Shown one piece after another: positions 53,455-61,314 of a stretch of DNA of 64,000 bases. How positions within the stretch are numbered: position 1 is the first letter of the stretch; each line of letters starts with the position of its first letter. This DNA comes from Flavobacterium sp. (GTDB lineage: Bacteria; Bacteroidota; Bacteroidia; Flavobacteriales; Flavobacteriaceae): the NCBI RefSeq assembly GCF_031411595.1, contig NZ_JANOBI010000023.1:304-64303 (forward strand), in the 5' to 3' direction. Below the pieces are notes generated by a model that worked only from the letters and a program-made list of their open reading frames with translations, did not search any database and had not been told where the DNA came from. The position numbers and the translations under genes are program-made.

Positions 53455-53522
53455 CATATTTAAATATATGCAAAAATGAATATTTAATTTTATAATTCAA
53501 ATGTTAAAACAAATCCTACATC

Positions 53523-54761
53523 TTATTTGTTTTTTGCTTCAATCCACCGCGACATATATTGGGTGCTTGCCATCGTGTGATGCATCAATAACGAACCGAT
53601 GAAATTATCGTTTCGGTGTTTTTTTATATTCACTAACACTTCCAAAATACTTTCGATGAAATCAGTTTCAAATAAAGTTTTTTCATAGCGCTGATTCACA
53701 ATCGCAATACCATTTTGTTGCGCCTTTTTCCAAAGCAATTCTTTTTGATAAAGCGCAATCGCAGCATCAACAATACTTTCAATGTCATCGGCAATCATGC
53801 CATTCCAAGGCAAATCTCCCGACATCGATTCCGCTCCAATGGTTGTGGTGACACTTGGTGTTCCGCATTGCATCGCTTCTAATAATTTCCCTTTGGCTCC
53901 GGCTCCAAAGCGAATGGGTGCTAAAACCACGCGTGCTTTTCGAACTACTTCTTTCGCATTTTCCGCTCTTCCTAAAACCAAAAAGCGGTCTTTGGGTTGG
54001 TGCAATTGCAATACTTTCTGGGACGGATAGGCGCCATAAATCAACATCGATGCTTCGGGAAGTAATTTGTGAATTCGTGGCCAAATCGATTCTTTGAGAT
54101 ATTGCACCGCATTCCAATTGGGTTCGTGCAAAAAGTTGCCGATAAAAACAAAGTCTTTTCGGTCTTCAAATTTCAACCAGTTTTCAGTGGTTTTAGTATT
54201 AATTTCATCAACCAAAAAAGGCAGATAATACAACAAGTTCTTATCAATTTTAAATTGATTTTGTAACAAATCCATTTCAACCTCAGAAATAATTAACGAA
54301 ATATCAGAGCGTAAAATGCTTGCGATTTCTCTTTTGGCCACATCAGAATATAAATCGTCAAACTGAAAATCTTTTTTTTCTTGAAAATCTTTTTGTCTTG
54401 CCAAACGCAAACAATGCAAATCAACAGTTTCTAATATTCGCATAGCATTCGGGCATTGTTTTGCAACACGCCAACCAAATTGTTCTTCCACCATAAAGCG
54501 ATCAAACAATACTATCGTCGGATTCAAACCTTTAATAAAAACATCAAAATTTGAGTCGTTGATATTAATGGAAACTTTTTCAATACCTAATGAAATCACA
54601 TCAAACATAAAATCACTATACGAAGCAGCGCTCGCAAAAGTCACGGTCCAACCTTGTTTTTGAAACAAAGCAATCAGTTGTAGCATTCGCGTTCCAGCAG
54701 CCGAAGAATTGGGTTCCGGCCACACAGAACCAATGATAAGTATTGATATTGGTGTTTTCAT
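53523..54761 (-). CDS. GT-B fold glycosyltransferase (GT4-like)
   Basis: Start moved to ATG 54761 (MKTPISILIIGSVWPEP). C-terminal GAKGKLLEAMQCGTPSV matches the E-x7-E region of retaining GT-B enzymes. Confidence 0.7.
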   Translation of the reverse strand: MKTPISILIIGSVWPEPNSSAAGTRMLQLIALFQKQGWTVTFASAASYSDFMFDVISLGIEKVSININDSNFDVFIKGLNPTIVLFDRFMVEEQFGWRVAKQCPNAMRILETVDLHCLRLARQKDFQEKKDFQFDDLYSDVAKREIASILRSDISLIISEVEMDLLQNQFKIDKNLLYYLPFLVDEINTKTTENWLKFEDRKDFVFIGNFLHEPNWNAVQYLKESIWPRIHKLLPEASMLIYGAYPSQKVLQLHQPKDRFLVLGRAENAKEVVRKARVVLAPIRFGAGAKGKLLEAMQCGTPSVTTTIGAESMSGDLPWNGMIADDIESIVDAAIALYQKELLWKKAQQNGIAIVNQRYEKTLFETDFIESILEVLVNIKKHRNDNFIGSLLMHHTMASTQYMSRWIEAKNK

Positions 54762-54904
54762 ATTGTCGTTGCAAAATAACACTTTTAAAAACAGAGTTTA
54801 AAATAAATTGCTGTGATATAACAAGCTGAAACTTTTGGCGTTACTTTTGTACTAATCATCATCATCAATCAGTTTCGGGAAACCGGCACTACTAATCAAT
54901 CATC

Positions 54905-56005
54905 ATGTTAAAATCCTTTTTCATCCTCTGTTCCGGAGCCGATAAAAATCTGCTACAAGATTGCTCCGAAGGCGAACAAACCAAATTTGTTGGTATTGGC
55001 GCAACTGTTTTCTTTACTGCTGTTATGGCATTTATCGCGAGCTCATACGCACTGTTCACTGTGTTCGACAGCATTTATCCCGCATTACTTTTTGGTGTTG
55101 TTTGGGGTTTTTTAATTTTCAATCTCGACCGGTTTATTGTTTCCACGATCCGCAAACGCGATAGTTTTTGGAGTGAGTTTTTGCAAGCTTCCCCAAGAAT
55201 CATTTTAGCGGTTATCATTGCAATTGTAATTTCAAAACCATTAGAAATTAAAATTTTCGAAAAGGAAATCAATACCGTTTTACTCAAAGAAAAAAATGCC
55301 ATGGCCTTGAATAACAAGAAAGAAGTTTCGAATTATTTTCAATCCGATTTAGATAAAAACAAAACAGAAATCGACAGTTTGAAATCTGAAATCACTAAAA
55401 AAGAAACGGAAGTCAATGCGCTTTACGAAACGTATATCACCGAAGCTGAAGGTACAAAAGGCACGATGAAACTCGGAAAAGGACCAGTGTTTAAAGAGAA
55501 AATCGCCAAACACAATCTTGCCAAAACAGAACTCGATACGTTGCAAAAAAACAACCTTATTAAAATTGCCGAACGCGAGAAAAAGACCAAAACACTACAA
55601 GCCGACCTTGATAGAAAAGTAACCGAAACCCAACCGATTATTGATGGTTTTGATGGATTGATGGCGCGCATCAATGCGTTAAATAAATTGCCATTAATCC
55701 CATCGCTGTTTATCATGTTGTTGTTTCTCGCCATTGAAACTTCGCCAATCATCGCCAAATTATTGTCTCCAAAAGGCGAATACGATTTTAAATTGGAAGA
55801 TATCGAAACGGCATTAAAAGCCACTTTATCACAAGACAAATACCAGCGCGAATTGCTCGTGAGAACCAGCGCTTCGATGCATGATCGGGTTTATGAAGAT
55901 ATTGCACAAGACAAAAAACTGTACGATTTGCAACGCAAAAAAGCTACTGAATTGTTAGAGTTGCAGGCGAATGGGTTTTTGGAAAAACAGAAGAGAACTT
56001 TATAA
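54905..56005 (+). CDS. DUF4407-like membrane protein with long coiled-coil insert
   Basis: 366 aa. Three N-terminal TM segments, a ~150-aa Lys/Glu-rich coiled coil and one further TM. Family assignment from memory of this architecture. Confidence 0.55.
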   Translation: MLKSFFILCSGADKNLLQDCSEGEQTKFVGIGATVFFTAVMAFIASSYALFTVFDSIYPALLFGVVWGFLIFNLDRFIVSTIRKRDSFWSEFLQASPRIILAVIIAIVISKPLEIKIFEKEINTVLLKEKNAMALNNKKEVSNYFQSDLDKNKTEIDSLKSEITKKETEVNALYETYITEAEGTKGTMKLGKGPVFKEKIAKHNLAKTELDTLQKNNLIKIAEREKKTKTLQADLDRKVTETQPIIDGFDGLMARINALNKLPLIPSLFIMLLFLAIETSPIIAKLLSPKGEYDFKLEDIETALKATLSQDKYQRELLVRTSASMHDRVYEDIAQDKKLYDLQRKKATELLELQANGFLEKQKRTL

Positions 56006-56017
56006 CCACATTGTTTT

Positions 56018-56140
56018 TTACCGCAAGGTTCGCTAAGATTTATAAATATGAAACCCGACAATTTATAGTTGCCGGGTTTTTATTTTAATATTATTTTTCA
56101 TTGCGCGCTTTGCGTAAACCTTTGCAAACCTTGCGGTTAA
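56018..56140. repeat. Inverted ACCGCAAGGTTCGC-type arms (56018-56037 vs 56119-56140) enclosing a terminator hairpin (56051-56081)
   Basis: TTACCGCAAGGTTCGCTAAG versus CCTTTGCAAACCTTGCGGTTAA (reverse-complementary with 3 mismatches). Inner hairpin AACCCGACAA-TTTATAG-TTGCCGGGTT followed by a T-run. Confidence 0.7.
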
Positions 56141-56502
56141 CCCTCTAAAACTTCGCCCTGAATTTTCTTCGTCAAGCTTTTAAAGACCAAGTCATACGAA
56201 TGATCAATCAATTCTTTGAGGAAACGATCGGTCACATCGCGATTGACTTTCACTGTATTCCAATGGGTTTTACTCATGTGAAAACCGGGTTCGATGTCAT
56301 CATACTGCGCGCGCAATTCTTCTGCCCGATCCGGATCGCATTTGAGATTCACCGCCGGATTGCCTTTTTCCCATTCCTTCAATGATGCCAAAGCAAACAT
56401 TTTTCCGCCGACTTTAAACACTAATGTGTCTTGGTCAAAAGGTAAATGTTCAGTGACTCCTTTTTTGGAAAGGCAATATTCGAAGTAATTTTCAATATTC
56501 AT
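56137..56502 (-). CDS. MmcQ/YjbR family DNA-binding protein
   Basis: 121 aa. YCLSKKGVTEHLPFD...LVFKVGGKMFA is the YjbR signature. Confidence 0.8.
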   Translation of the reverse strand: MNIENYFEYCLSKKGVTEHLPFDQDTLVFKVGGKMFALASLKEWEKGNPAVNLKCDPDRAEELRAQYDDIEPGFHMSKTHWNTVKVNRDVTDRFLKELIDHSYDLVFKSLTKKIQGEVLEG

Positions 56503-56858
56503 TTGGATGATTTTTCTAGTGAACCTAGATGTGTGAATTTGAATCCCGTTTCATATTTCAATCCATAACCAAACAATCGATCCATGGATGAATGCGCGAA
56601 TAAGATGATTCCAATTAATTGAACGATTGGATTTGAAATATAAATCCCAAGCAAATACAGCACAATCGCAATGCCGCGATGGTGAAAAACATTATACATC
56701 CATGCTCCGGTTTTATTGCCAAAAGCATAACCAACCATGCCAATATCGGGCGTGAGAATTAAAACTAAAAACCACCACCAAGCGTAATCCAGTTGGTTGA
56801 AAAGGAATATTCCCAAAAGGAATAAAGCAAGTTCTTCAAGTTGAATGATTGTTTTCAT
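56499..56858 (-). CDS. DUF4260-like small membrane protein
   Basis: 119 aa, 4 hydrophobic segments. 4-nt overlaps on both sides. Confidence 0.55.
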   Translation of the reverse strand: MKTIIQLEELALFLLGIFLFNQLDYAWWWFLVLILTPDIGMVGYAFGNKTGAWMYNVFHHRGIAIVLYLLGIYISNPIVQLIGIILFAHSSMDRLFGYGLKYETGFKFTHLGSLEKSSK

Positions 56859-57256
56859 GATACTATTTTCTCCATCATTTTCTCCGGATGGGCCAACGGT
56901 TTAAATCCATATTTCTCATATAAGAAATGGGCATCTGAAGTCGCAAGCCGCCAAATTTTGACTTGCTGTAATTGCGGTTCTTGCATCATCGCATCGATTA
57001 ATACCGAAGCATAACCTTTACCACGATGGGCTTCGTCAATAAAAACATCCATTAGATAAGCGAAGACTACATAATCGGTAATCACGCGTGCGAAGCCAAT
57101 TTGTTCACCATCGAGATAAATGCCAAAGCAAAACGAATGGTCGATGGTTGTTTGCACTTCTTCCAACGTTCGTCCCGCTGCCCAATAAATATCTTTCAAG
57201 AAATGTTGAATGAACGGCACATTGAGGTGTGTTTTATCTGTTGAAACGGTAATCAT
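56855..57256 (-). CDS. GNAT family N-acetyltransferase
   Basis: 133 aa. Acetyl-CoA motif VFIDEAHRGKGYASVLI. Confidence 0.8.
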   Translation of the reverse strand: MITVSTDKTHLNVPFIQHFLKDIYWAAGRTLEEVQTTIDHSFCFGIYLDGEQIGFARVITDYVVFAYLMDVFIDEAHRGKGYASVLIDAMMQEPQLQQVKIWRLATSDAHFLYEKYGFKPLAHPEKMMEKIVS

Positions 57257-58017
57257 ATGGAATATAAAACGGGTTTGCTCGGGCTGGCGTCATTTTCAAA
57301 CGAAGCGATTTGAATGTTGAGTAAATAATTTCCATCTTCAACGTCATCTGATACAAAAATCATTTCGGTAATAGTTGCATCCATTCGCGCATCGGCATTC
57401 AAATTATTAACATCTTTTACATTCCAGAATGCTTTGTGCGCGGCTAATTTTCCGTCGTCATGTTCTTTGTCAACACTAGGCAAATCAATCAGTAAATGAT
57501 TTACGCCAATCTCAAGAAGGAATTGCGCAGCAACATCTTCGAGGTAAGGCGGATTGGTATTCGAATAATTTTGATGTAATTTATGTTCGTCGTTTGGCAA
57601 AGTCCGGATGATAATCGCTTCCGGTGTTTTTCCTGCTAGCGCTTTTTCGATTTGATTTTTAGTGATGACCCAATCCTCGGTTTGCCATTCGGGTGCTATT
57701 GAAACGAGTTCGGCTAAGAAAAAAAACTGTTTTAACGATTGATTGATACTATAAAACTCACGCGTAATATGCCCCAAACATTCAGTATGTGTGCCATGTC
57801 CGTGTGGGTTGAAAAAGATGTTGTTGAAATTCGTCGAGGAACTTCCTTCCGAAACTTTCCCAACCCAATCTCCAAAACGGACAGGTTCGATCACAGGTTT
57901 ATCGATATACCAAGCGATTGGGTTTTTATCGGTATTGGTTAATGGAATCGAAATGTCGATGGGTTTTGACAGATTGACTTCGAAGTTTTGGTTTTGTGTG
58001 GTGATTGTAGCTTTCAT
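57253..58017 (-). CDS. Cyclase-family (kynurenine-formamidase-like) protein
   Basis: 254 aa with a His-rich metal motif NPHGHGTHTECLGH. Confidence 0.7.
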   Translation of the reverse strand: MKATITTQNQNFEVNLSKPIDISIPLTNTDKNPIAWYIDKPVIEPVRFGDWVGKVSEGSSSTNFNNIFFNPHGHGTHTECLGHITREFYSINQSLKQFFFLAELVSIAPEWQTEDWVITKNQIEKALAGKTPEAIIIRTLPNDEHKLHQNYSNTNPPYLEDVAAQFLLEIGVNHLLIDLPSVDKEHDDGKLAAHKAFWNVKDVNNLNADARMDATITEMIFVSDDVEDGNYLLNIQIASFENDASPSKPVLYSI

Positions 58018-58125
58018 TTTTTACCGCAAGGTTCGCAAAGGTTTAATTTATTTCTCGCAAAGTCGCAAAGTCGCAAAGAAATACATTGACAATATCTTTG
58101 CGCCTCTGCGCCTTTGCGTGATGAC
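58018..58125. repeat. CGCAAAG-family cluster (ACCGCAAGGTTCGCAAAGG, (TCGCAAAG)x3, then inverted CTTTGCGCC x2)
   Basis: Read directly. Fills the entire gap between the cyclase-like gene start and the hemW stop. Confidence 0.8.
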
Positions 58126-58128
58126 TAT

Positions 58129-59262
58129 TTATTCCAAATTTATCAAAAATAAATCACTCGCAATTCCATCAGTCAAAAACTTTCCTTTGGAGGTGGTTTT
58201 TAGAATGCTATTTTCAATTATAAGCAATTCATCATCAAGGAATTTTTGTGCTTGTTGTTTTAAATAAACCAATTGTTTGCTGCCAAATTCTGTTTCAATG
58301 CGATTCAAATCGACACCCCAAATGGTTCGCAATCCGGTCATGATGTATTCGTTGTAACGATCCTGCATCGAAAGGATTTCCGTTTCATTCGGCAATTGAT
58401 TTTCTTGAATTGATTTCAAATACAACGCATTGTTCGCTACATTCCAACTTCTTGAAACACCGTCGTAACTGTGCGCTGATGGACCGATTCCTAAGTATTT
58501 TTTACCGAGCCAATAACTCGAATTGTTTTTTGAAAAGTAGTTTTTCTTTCCGAAATTCGACAGTTCATAATGAATGAAATCATGCGCTTGGAGCGTTTCT
58601 GTTAAAATTACAAATTGCTCTTGAGCTGCTTCATCACTGGGTTCGACAATTTTCCCTGTTTGAATGAGTTTCTTCAACGCGGTTTTAGGTTCAACTGTCA
58701 AAGCGTAACTCGAAATATGCGCAATGTTGAATGACAACGCGGTTTCAATATTTTGTTTCCATTGTTCATTGCTCATGCCTGGAATTCCATAAATCAAATC
58801 GATTGAAATGTTGTCGAAATGCTTCGTGGCTTCCGTTAAACATGCTTTGGCTTCATCGGCATTGTGCGCGCGATTCATGAGTTTTAAATCCTCTTCAAAA
58901 AAAGATTGAATGCCTATCGATAAACGGTTGATGCGATTGTTAGAAAGTTCGATGATTCGATTGTTGGATAAATCGTCTGGATTGGCTTCGAGTGTGATTT
59001 CGGGATTTTCAGCAACCGTGTAATTTTCATAAACCGCATCAATCAAGAATTTCAATTCAGCAATCTCTAATACACTTGGCGTTCCGCCTCCAAAATATAT
59101 GGTTTCTACGATTTGATTTTTAAATTCATTGGAGCGCATAGTCAACTCTTTCGCCAATGCCAAAACCATTTCGTCTTTCTTGTTCATCGAAGTTGAGAAG
59201 TGGAAGTCACAGTAATGACACGCTTGCTTGCAAAAAGGAATATGTATGTAGATGCCAGACAT
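58129..59262 (-). CDS. hemW: Radical SAM heme chaperone HemW
   Basis: 377 aa. IYIHIPFCKQACHYCDF CxxxCxxC radical SAM motif. HemN-like C-terminal domain. Confidence 0.85.
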   Translation of the reverse strand: MSGIYIHIPFCKQACHYCDFHFSTSMNKKDEMVLALAKELTMRSNEFKNQIVETIYFGGGTPSVLEIAELKFLIDAVYENYTVAENPEITLEANPDDLSNNRIIELSNNRINRLSIGIQSFFEEDLKLMNRAHNADEAKACLTEATKHFDNISIDLIYGIPGMSNEQWKQNIETALSFNIAHISSYALTVEPKTALKKLIQTGKIVEPSDEAAQEQFVILTETLQAHDFIHYELSNFGKKNYFSKNNSSYWLGKKYLGIGPSAHSYDGVSRSWNVANNALYLKSIQENQLPNETEILSMQDRYNEYIMTGLRTIWGVDLNRIETEFGSKQLVYLKQQAQKFLDDELLIIENSILKTTSKGKFLTDGIASDLFLINLE

Positions 59263-59265
59263 TTT

Positions 59266-59301
59266 GGAGTGTTCAGTGTTCAGGTTTTTAGTGTTCAGTG
59301 G
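59266..59301. repeat. Octamer array (GTGTTCAG)x2-GTTTTTA-GTGTTCAG
   Basis: Inverted counterpart of 59701-59740. Flanks the four-helix-bundle gene. Confidence 0.85.
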
Positions 59302-59316
59302 ATTCGGATTTGAAGA

Positions 59317-59688
59317 TTATTCTTTTTTCGAACCAAACTTTTCGGGATTTAATATCATATAGTTGATGAGTCTTCCAACTTCTTGGCTTTCTGAAGTTAA
59401 TTCATCAAAAAATTTTTCTGAAATATATTGACATGAAAATGCAAACGCTAACCATACTTGTGTTTCTGAGTTTTCTGCATCAGAATCGGTCAATTTGCTA
59501 TAATAGTTTTTTGGGTAAATCCTCTTTCTATAGGCTTCTGCAATCGTTACCGGAACACTTCTGGAGGAACGTCTAATCTGATCAGTCAATGAATATGTTT
59601 CTTCTTTTGGAAACGATTTTGTCATTTCAAAAATTTTCATCGCCAAAGCAAACGATTTCTTATAAGCCAATAAATCCTGAAATGTCAT
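59317..59688 (-). CDS. Four-helix-bundle protein (23S rRNA intervening-sequence protein family)
   Basis: 123 aa. LLAYKKSFALAMKIFEMTKSFPKEETYSLTDQIRRSSRSVPVTIAEAY is the family signature. Confidence 0.85.
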   Translation of the reverse strand: MTFQDLLAYKKSFALAMKIFEMTKSFPKEETYSLTDQIRRSSRSVPVTIAEAYRKRIYPKNYYSKLTDSDAENSETQVWLAFAFSCQYISEKFFDELTSESQEVGRLINYMILNPEKFGSKKE

Positions 59689-59700
59689 CGATATCTATTT

Positions 59701-59740
59701 AAACTGAATACTAAAAAACTGACCACTGACCACTGACCAC
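59701..59740. repeat. Octamer array AAACTGAATAC-TAAAAAA-(CTGACCAC)x3
   Basis: Its reverse complement (GTGGTCAG)x3-TTTTTTA-GTATTCAG mirrors 59266-59301 with a one-unit difference. Confidence 0.85.
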
Positions 59741-60294
59741 TACTTCTTAACCCGTTCCTCATTCTGTTTCACAAAAGCATCCCAACCCGTATAACTTTTC
59801 TCACCAACGATTTTACCGGAATTGAAAAAATGACAAACCGCAGCCGCCAAACCATCGGTGCTGTCGAGGTTTTTGGGTAATTCTTTCAAACCTAATAATT
59901 GTTGCAACATCTTGGCAACTTGTTCTTTGCTTGCATTTCCGTTTCCGGTAATCGCCATTTTGATTTTCTTGGGTTCGTATTCGGTGATCGGAATTTGGCG
60001 TGACAAACCTGCAGCCATAGCAACGCCTTGTGCTCTTCCGAGTTTGAGCATCGATTGTACGTTCTTACCGAAGAATGGCGCTTCAATCGCAATTTCGTCG
60101 GGATGATGCGTTTCGATGAGTTCTATGGTGCGTTCGAAAATGACTTTGAGTTTGGTGTAATGGTCGTCGTATTTGCTCAGAATTAATTCGTTGAGTTGCA
60201 CAAATTCCATTTTTTTGTTGACGACTTTAATCAAGCCGAAACCCATGATGGTTGTGCCGGGATCGATGCCTAAGATGATGCGTTCGTTTGCCAT
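59740..60294 (-). CDS. ruvC: Crossover junction endodeoxyribonuclease RuvC
   Basis: Start moved to ATG 60294 (MANERIILGIDPGTTIMGFG). Catalytic D and E residues in the expected context. Confidence 0.9.
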   Translation of the reverse strand: MANERIILGIDPGTTIMGFGLIKVVNKKMEFVQLNELILSKYDDHYTKLKVIFERTIELIETHHPDEIAIEAPFFGKNVQSMLKLGRAQGVAMAAGLSRQIPITEYEPKKIKMAITGNGNASKEQVAKMLQQLLGLKELPKNLDSTDGLAAAVCHFFNSGKIVGEKSYTGWDAFVKQNEERVKK

Positions 60295-60300
60295 GTATTT

Positions 60301-60335
60301 CTCGCTAAGGCGCAAAGGCGCAAAGTCTCGATTGA
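60301..60335. repeat. CGCAAAG-family motif (CTCGCTAAGGCGCAAAGGCGCAAAGTCTCG)
   Basis: Read directly upstream of ruvC. Confidence 0.7.
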
Positions 60336-60372
60336 TTCGTTATTGTAAAGTGTTTTGCTTTACTTTGCAACA

Positions 60373-61314
60373 ATGATTGCAATTCCCCACAAAGCTAAAC
60401 AATTCCTTGTTTTTATAATCAAAGTTTTGATTGTATCGGGCGCATTTTATTTTATTTACCGGCAATTGGCAGACAACGACCAACTCGATTGGCAAAAGTT
60501 TACCGCTTTGTTCCATAAAAACCAATCGGTTGGTGGGATTTTATTTTTGTTGTCACTCAGTTTTCTGAACCGATTTTTTGAAATTTTGAAATGGCAGAAT
60601 CTCGTCGCTTCATTTGAAAAAATTTCTTTAAGTGCAGCAACAGCACAGGTTTTAGGAGCTTTAACCGCAGGAATTTTTACACCGAATGGTTTGGGTGAAT
60701 ACGCCGGAAAGGCTTTGTTTTTTGAGAAAGCCAAAACCAAGAAAATCGTGTTTTTGAATTTAATCTGCAACGGCATTCAAATGCTATTGACGGTGGTGTT
60801 TGGCGTTTTTGGGTTGCTGTATTTCAATGCCGAGTTCAATATCATTACGACTAAAACCATTGCGATTCTTTTCGGATTGTTGCTTGTATTAGTTGTTGCT
60901 TCGTTCTTCTTAAAAACCATTTCAATTAAAGGGTATTCGCTTGAAAAACTCGTGCATAAAATCAACCAAATTCCGAAACCAATTCATCAGAAAAATATCG
61001 TTTTGGGATTGTGCCGTTATTTGGTTTTCTCGCATCAGTATTACTTTTTATTTCTGGCTTTCGATGTGCATTTGCCGTATTTGATTTTGATGTCGGCCAT
61101 TACGAGTATCTATTTTCTCGCATCGTCATTACCCAGTTTTCAGTTTTTGGATTTTGCAGTGAAAGGAAGCGTAGCCGTTTATTTCTTCGGATTGTTGGGC
61201 GTTAACGAATGGATTGTTATTTTTATCACGACGCTGATGTGGTTGTTGAATGTCGTGATTCCTGTGGTCATCGGAAGTTATTATGTGTTGAATTTTAAAA
61301 TGAAATCCAAATGA
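60373..61314 (+). CDS. Lysylphosphatidylglycerol-synthase-TM-region-like (flippase-like) membrane protein
   Basis: Start moved to ATG 60373. About 8 TM segments. ATGA overlap with the downstream GT2 gene, a common pairing. Confidence 0.6.
   Translation: MIAIPHKAKQFLVFIIKVLIVSGAFYFIYRQLADNDQLDWQKFTALFHKNQSVGGILFLLSLSFLNRFFEILKWQNLVASFEKISLSAATAQVLGALTAGIFTPNGLGEYAGKALFFEKAKTKKIVFLNLICNGIQMLLTVVFGVFGLLYFNAEFNIITTKTIAILFGLLLVLVVASFFLKTISIKGYSLEKLVHKINQIPKPIHQKNIVLGLCRYLVFSHQYYFLFLAFDVHLPYLILMSAITSIYFLASSLPSFQFLDFAVKGSVAVYFFGLLGVNEWIVIFITTLMWLLNVVIPVVIGSYYVLNFKMKSK

Noticed and set aside
53782-54266. Several 65-110-aa ORFs on both strands within the glycosyltransferase gene.
   Set aside because: These are alternative-frame or antisense ORFs inside a 412-aa gene that has clear GT-B motifs.
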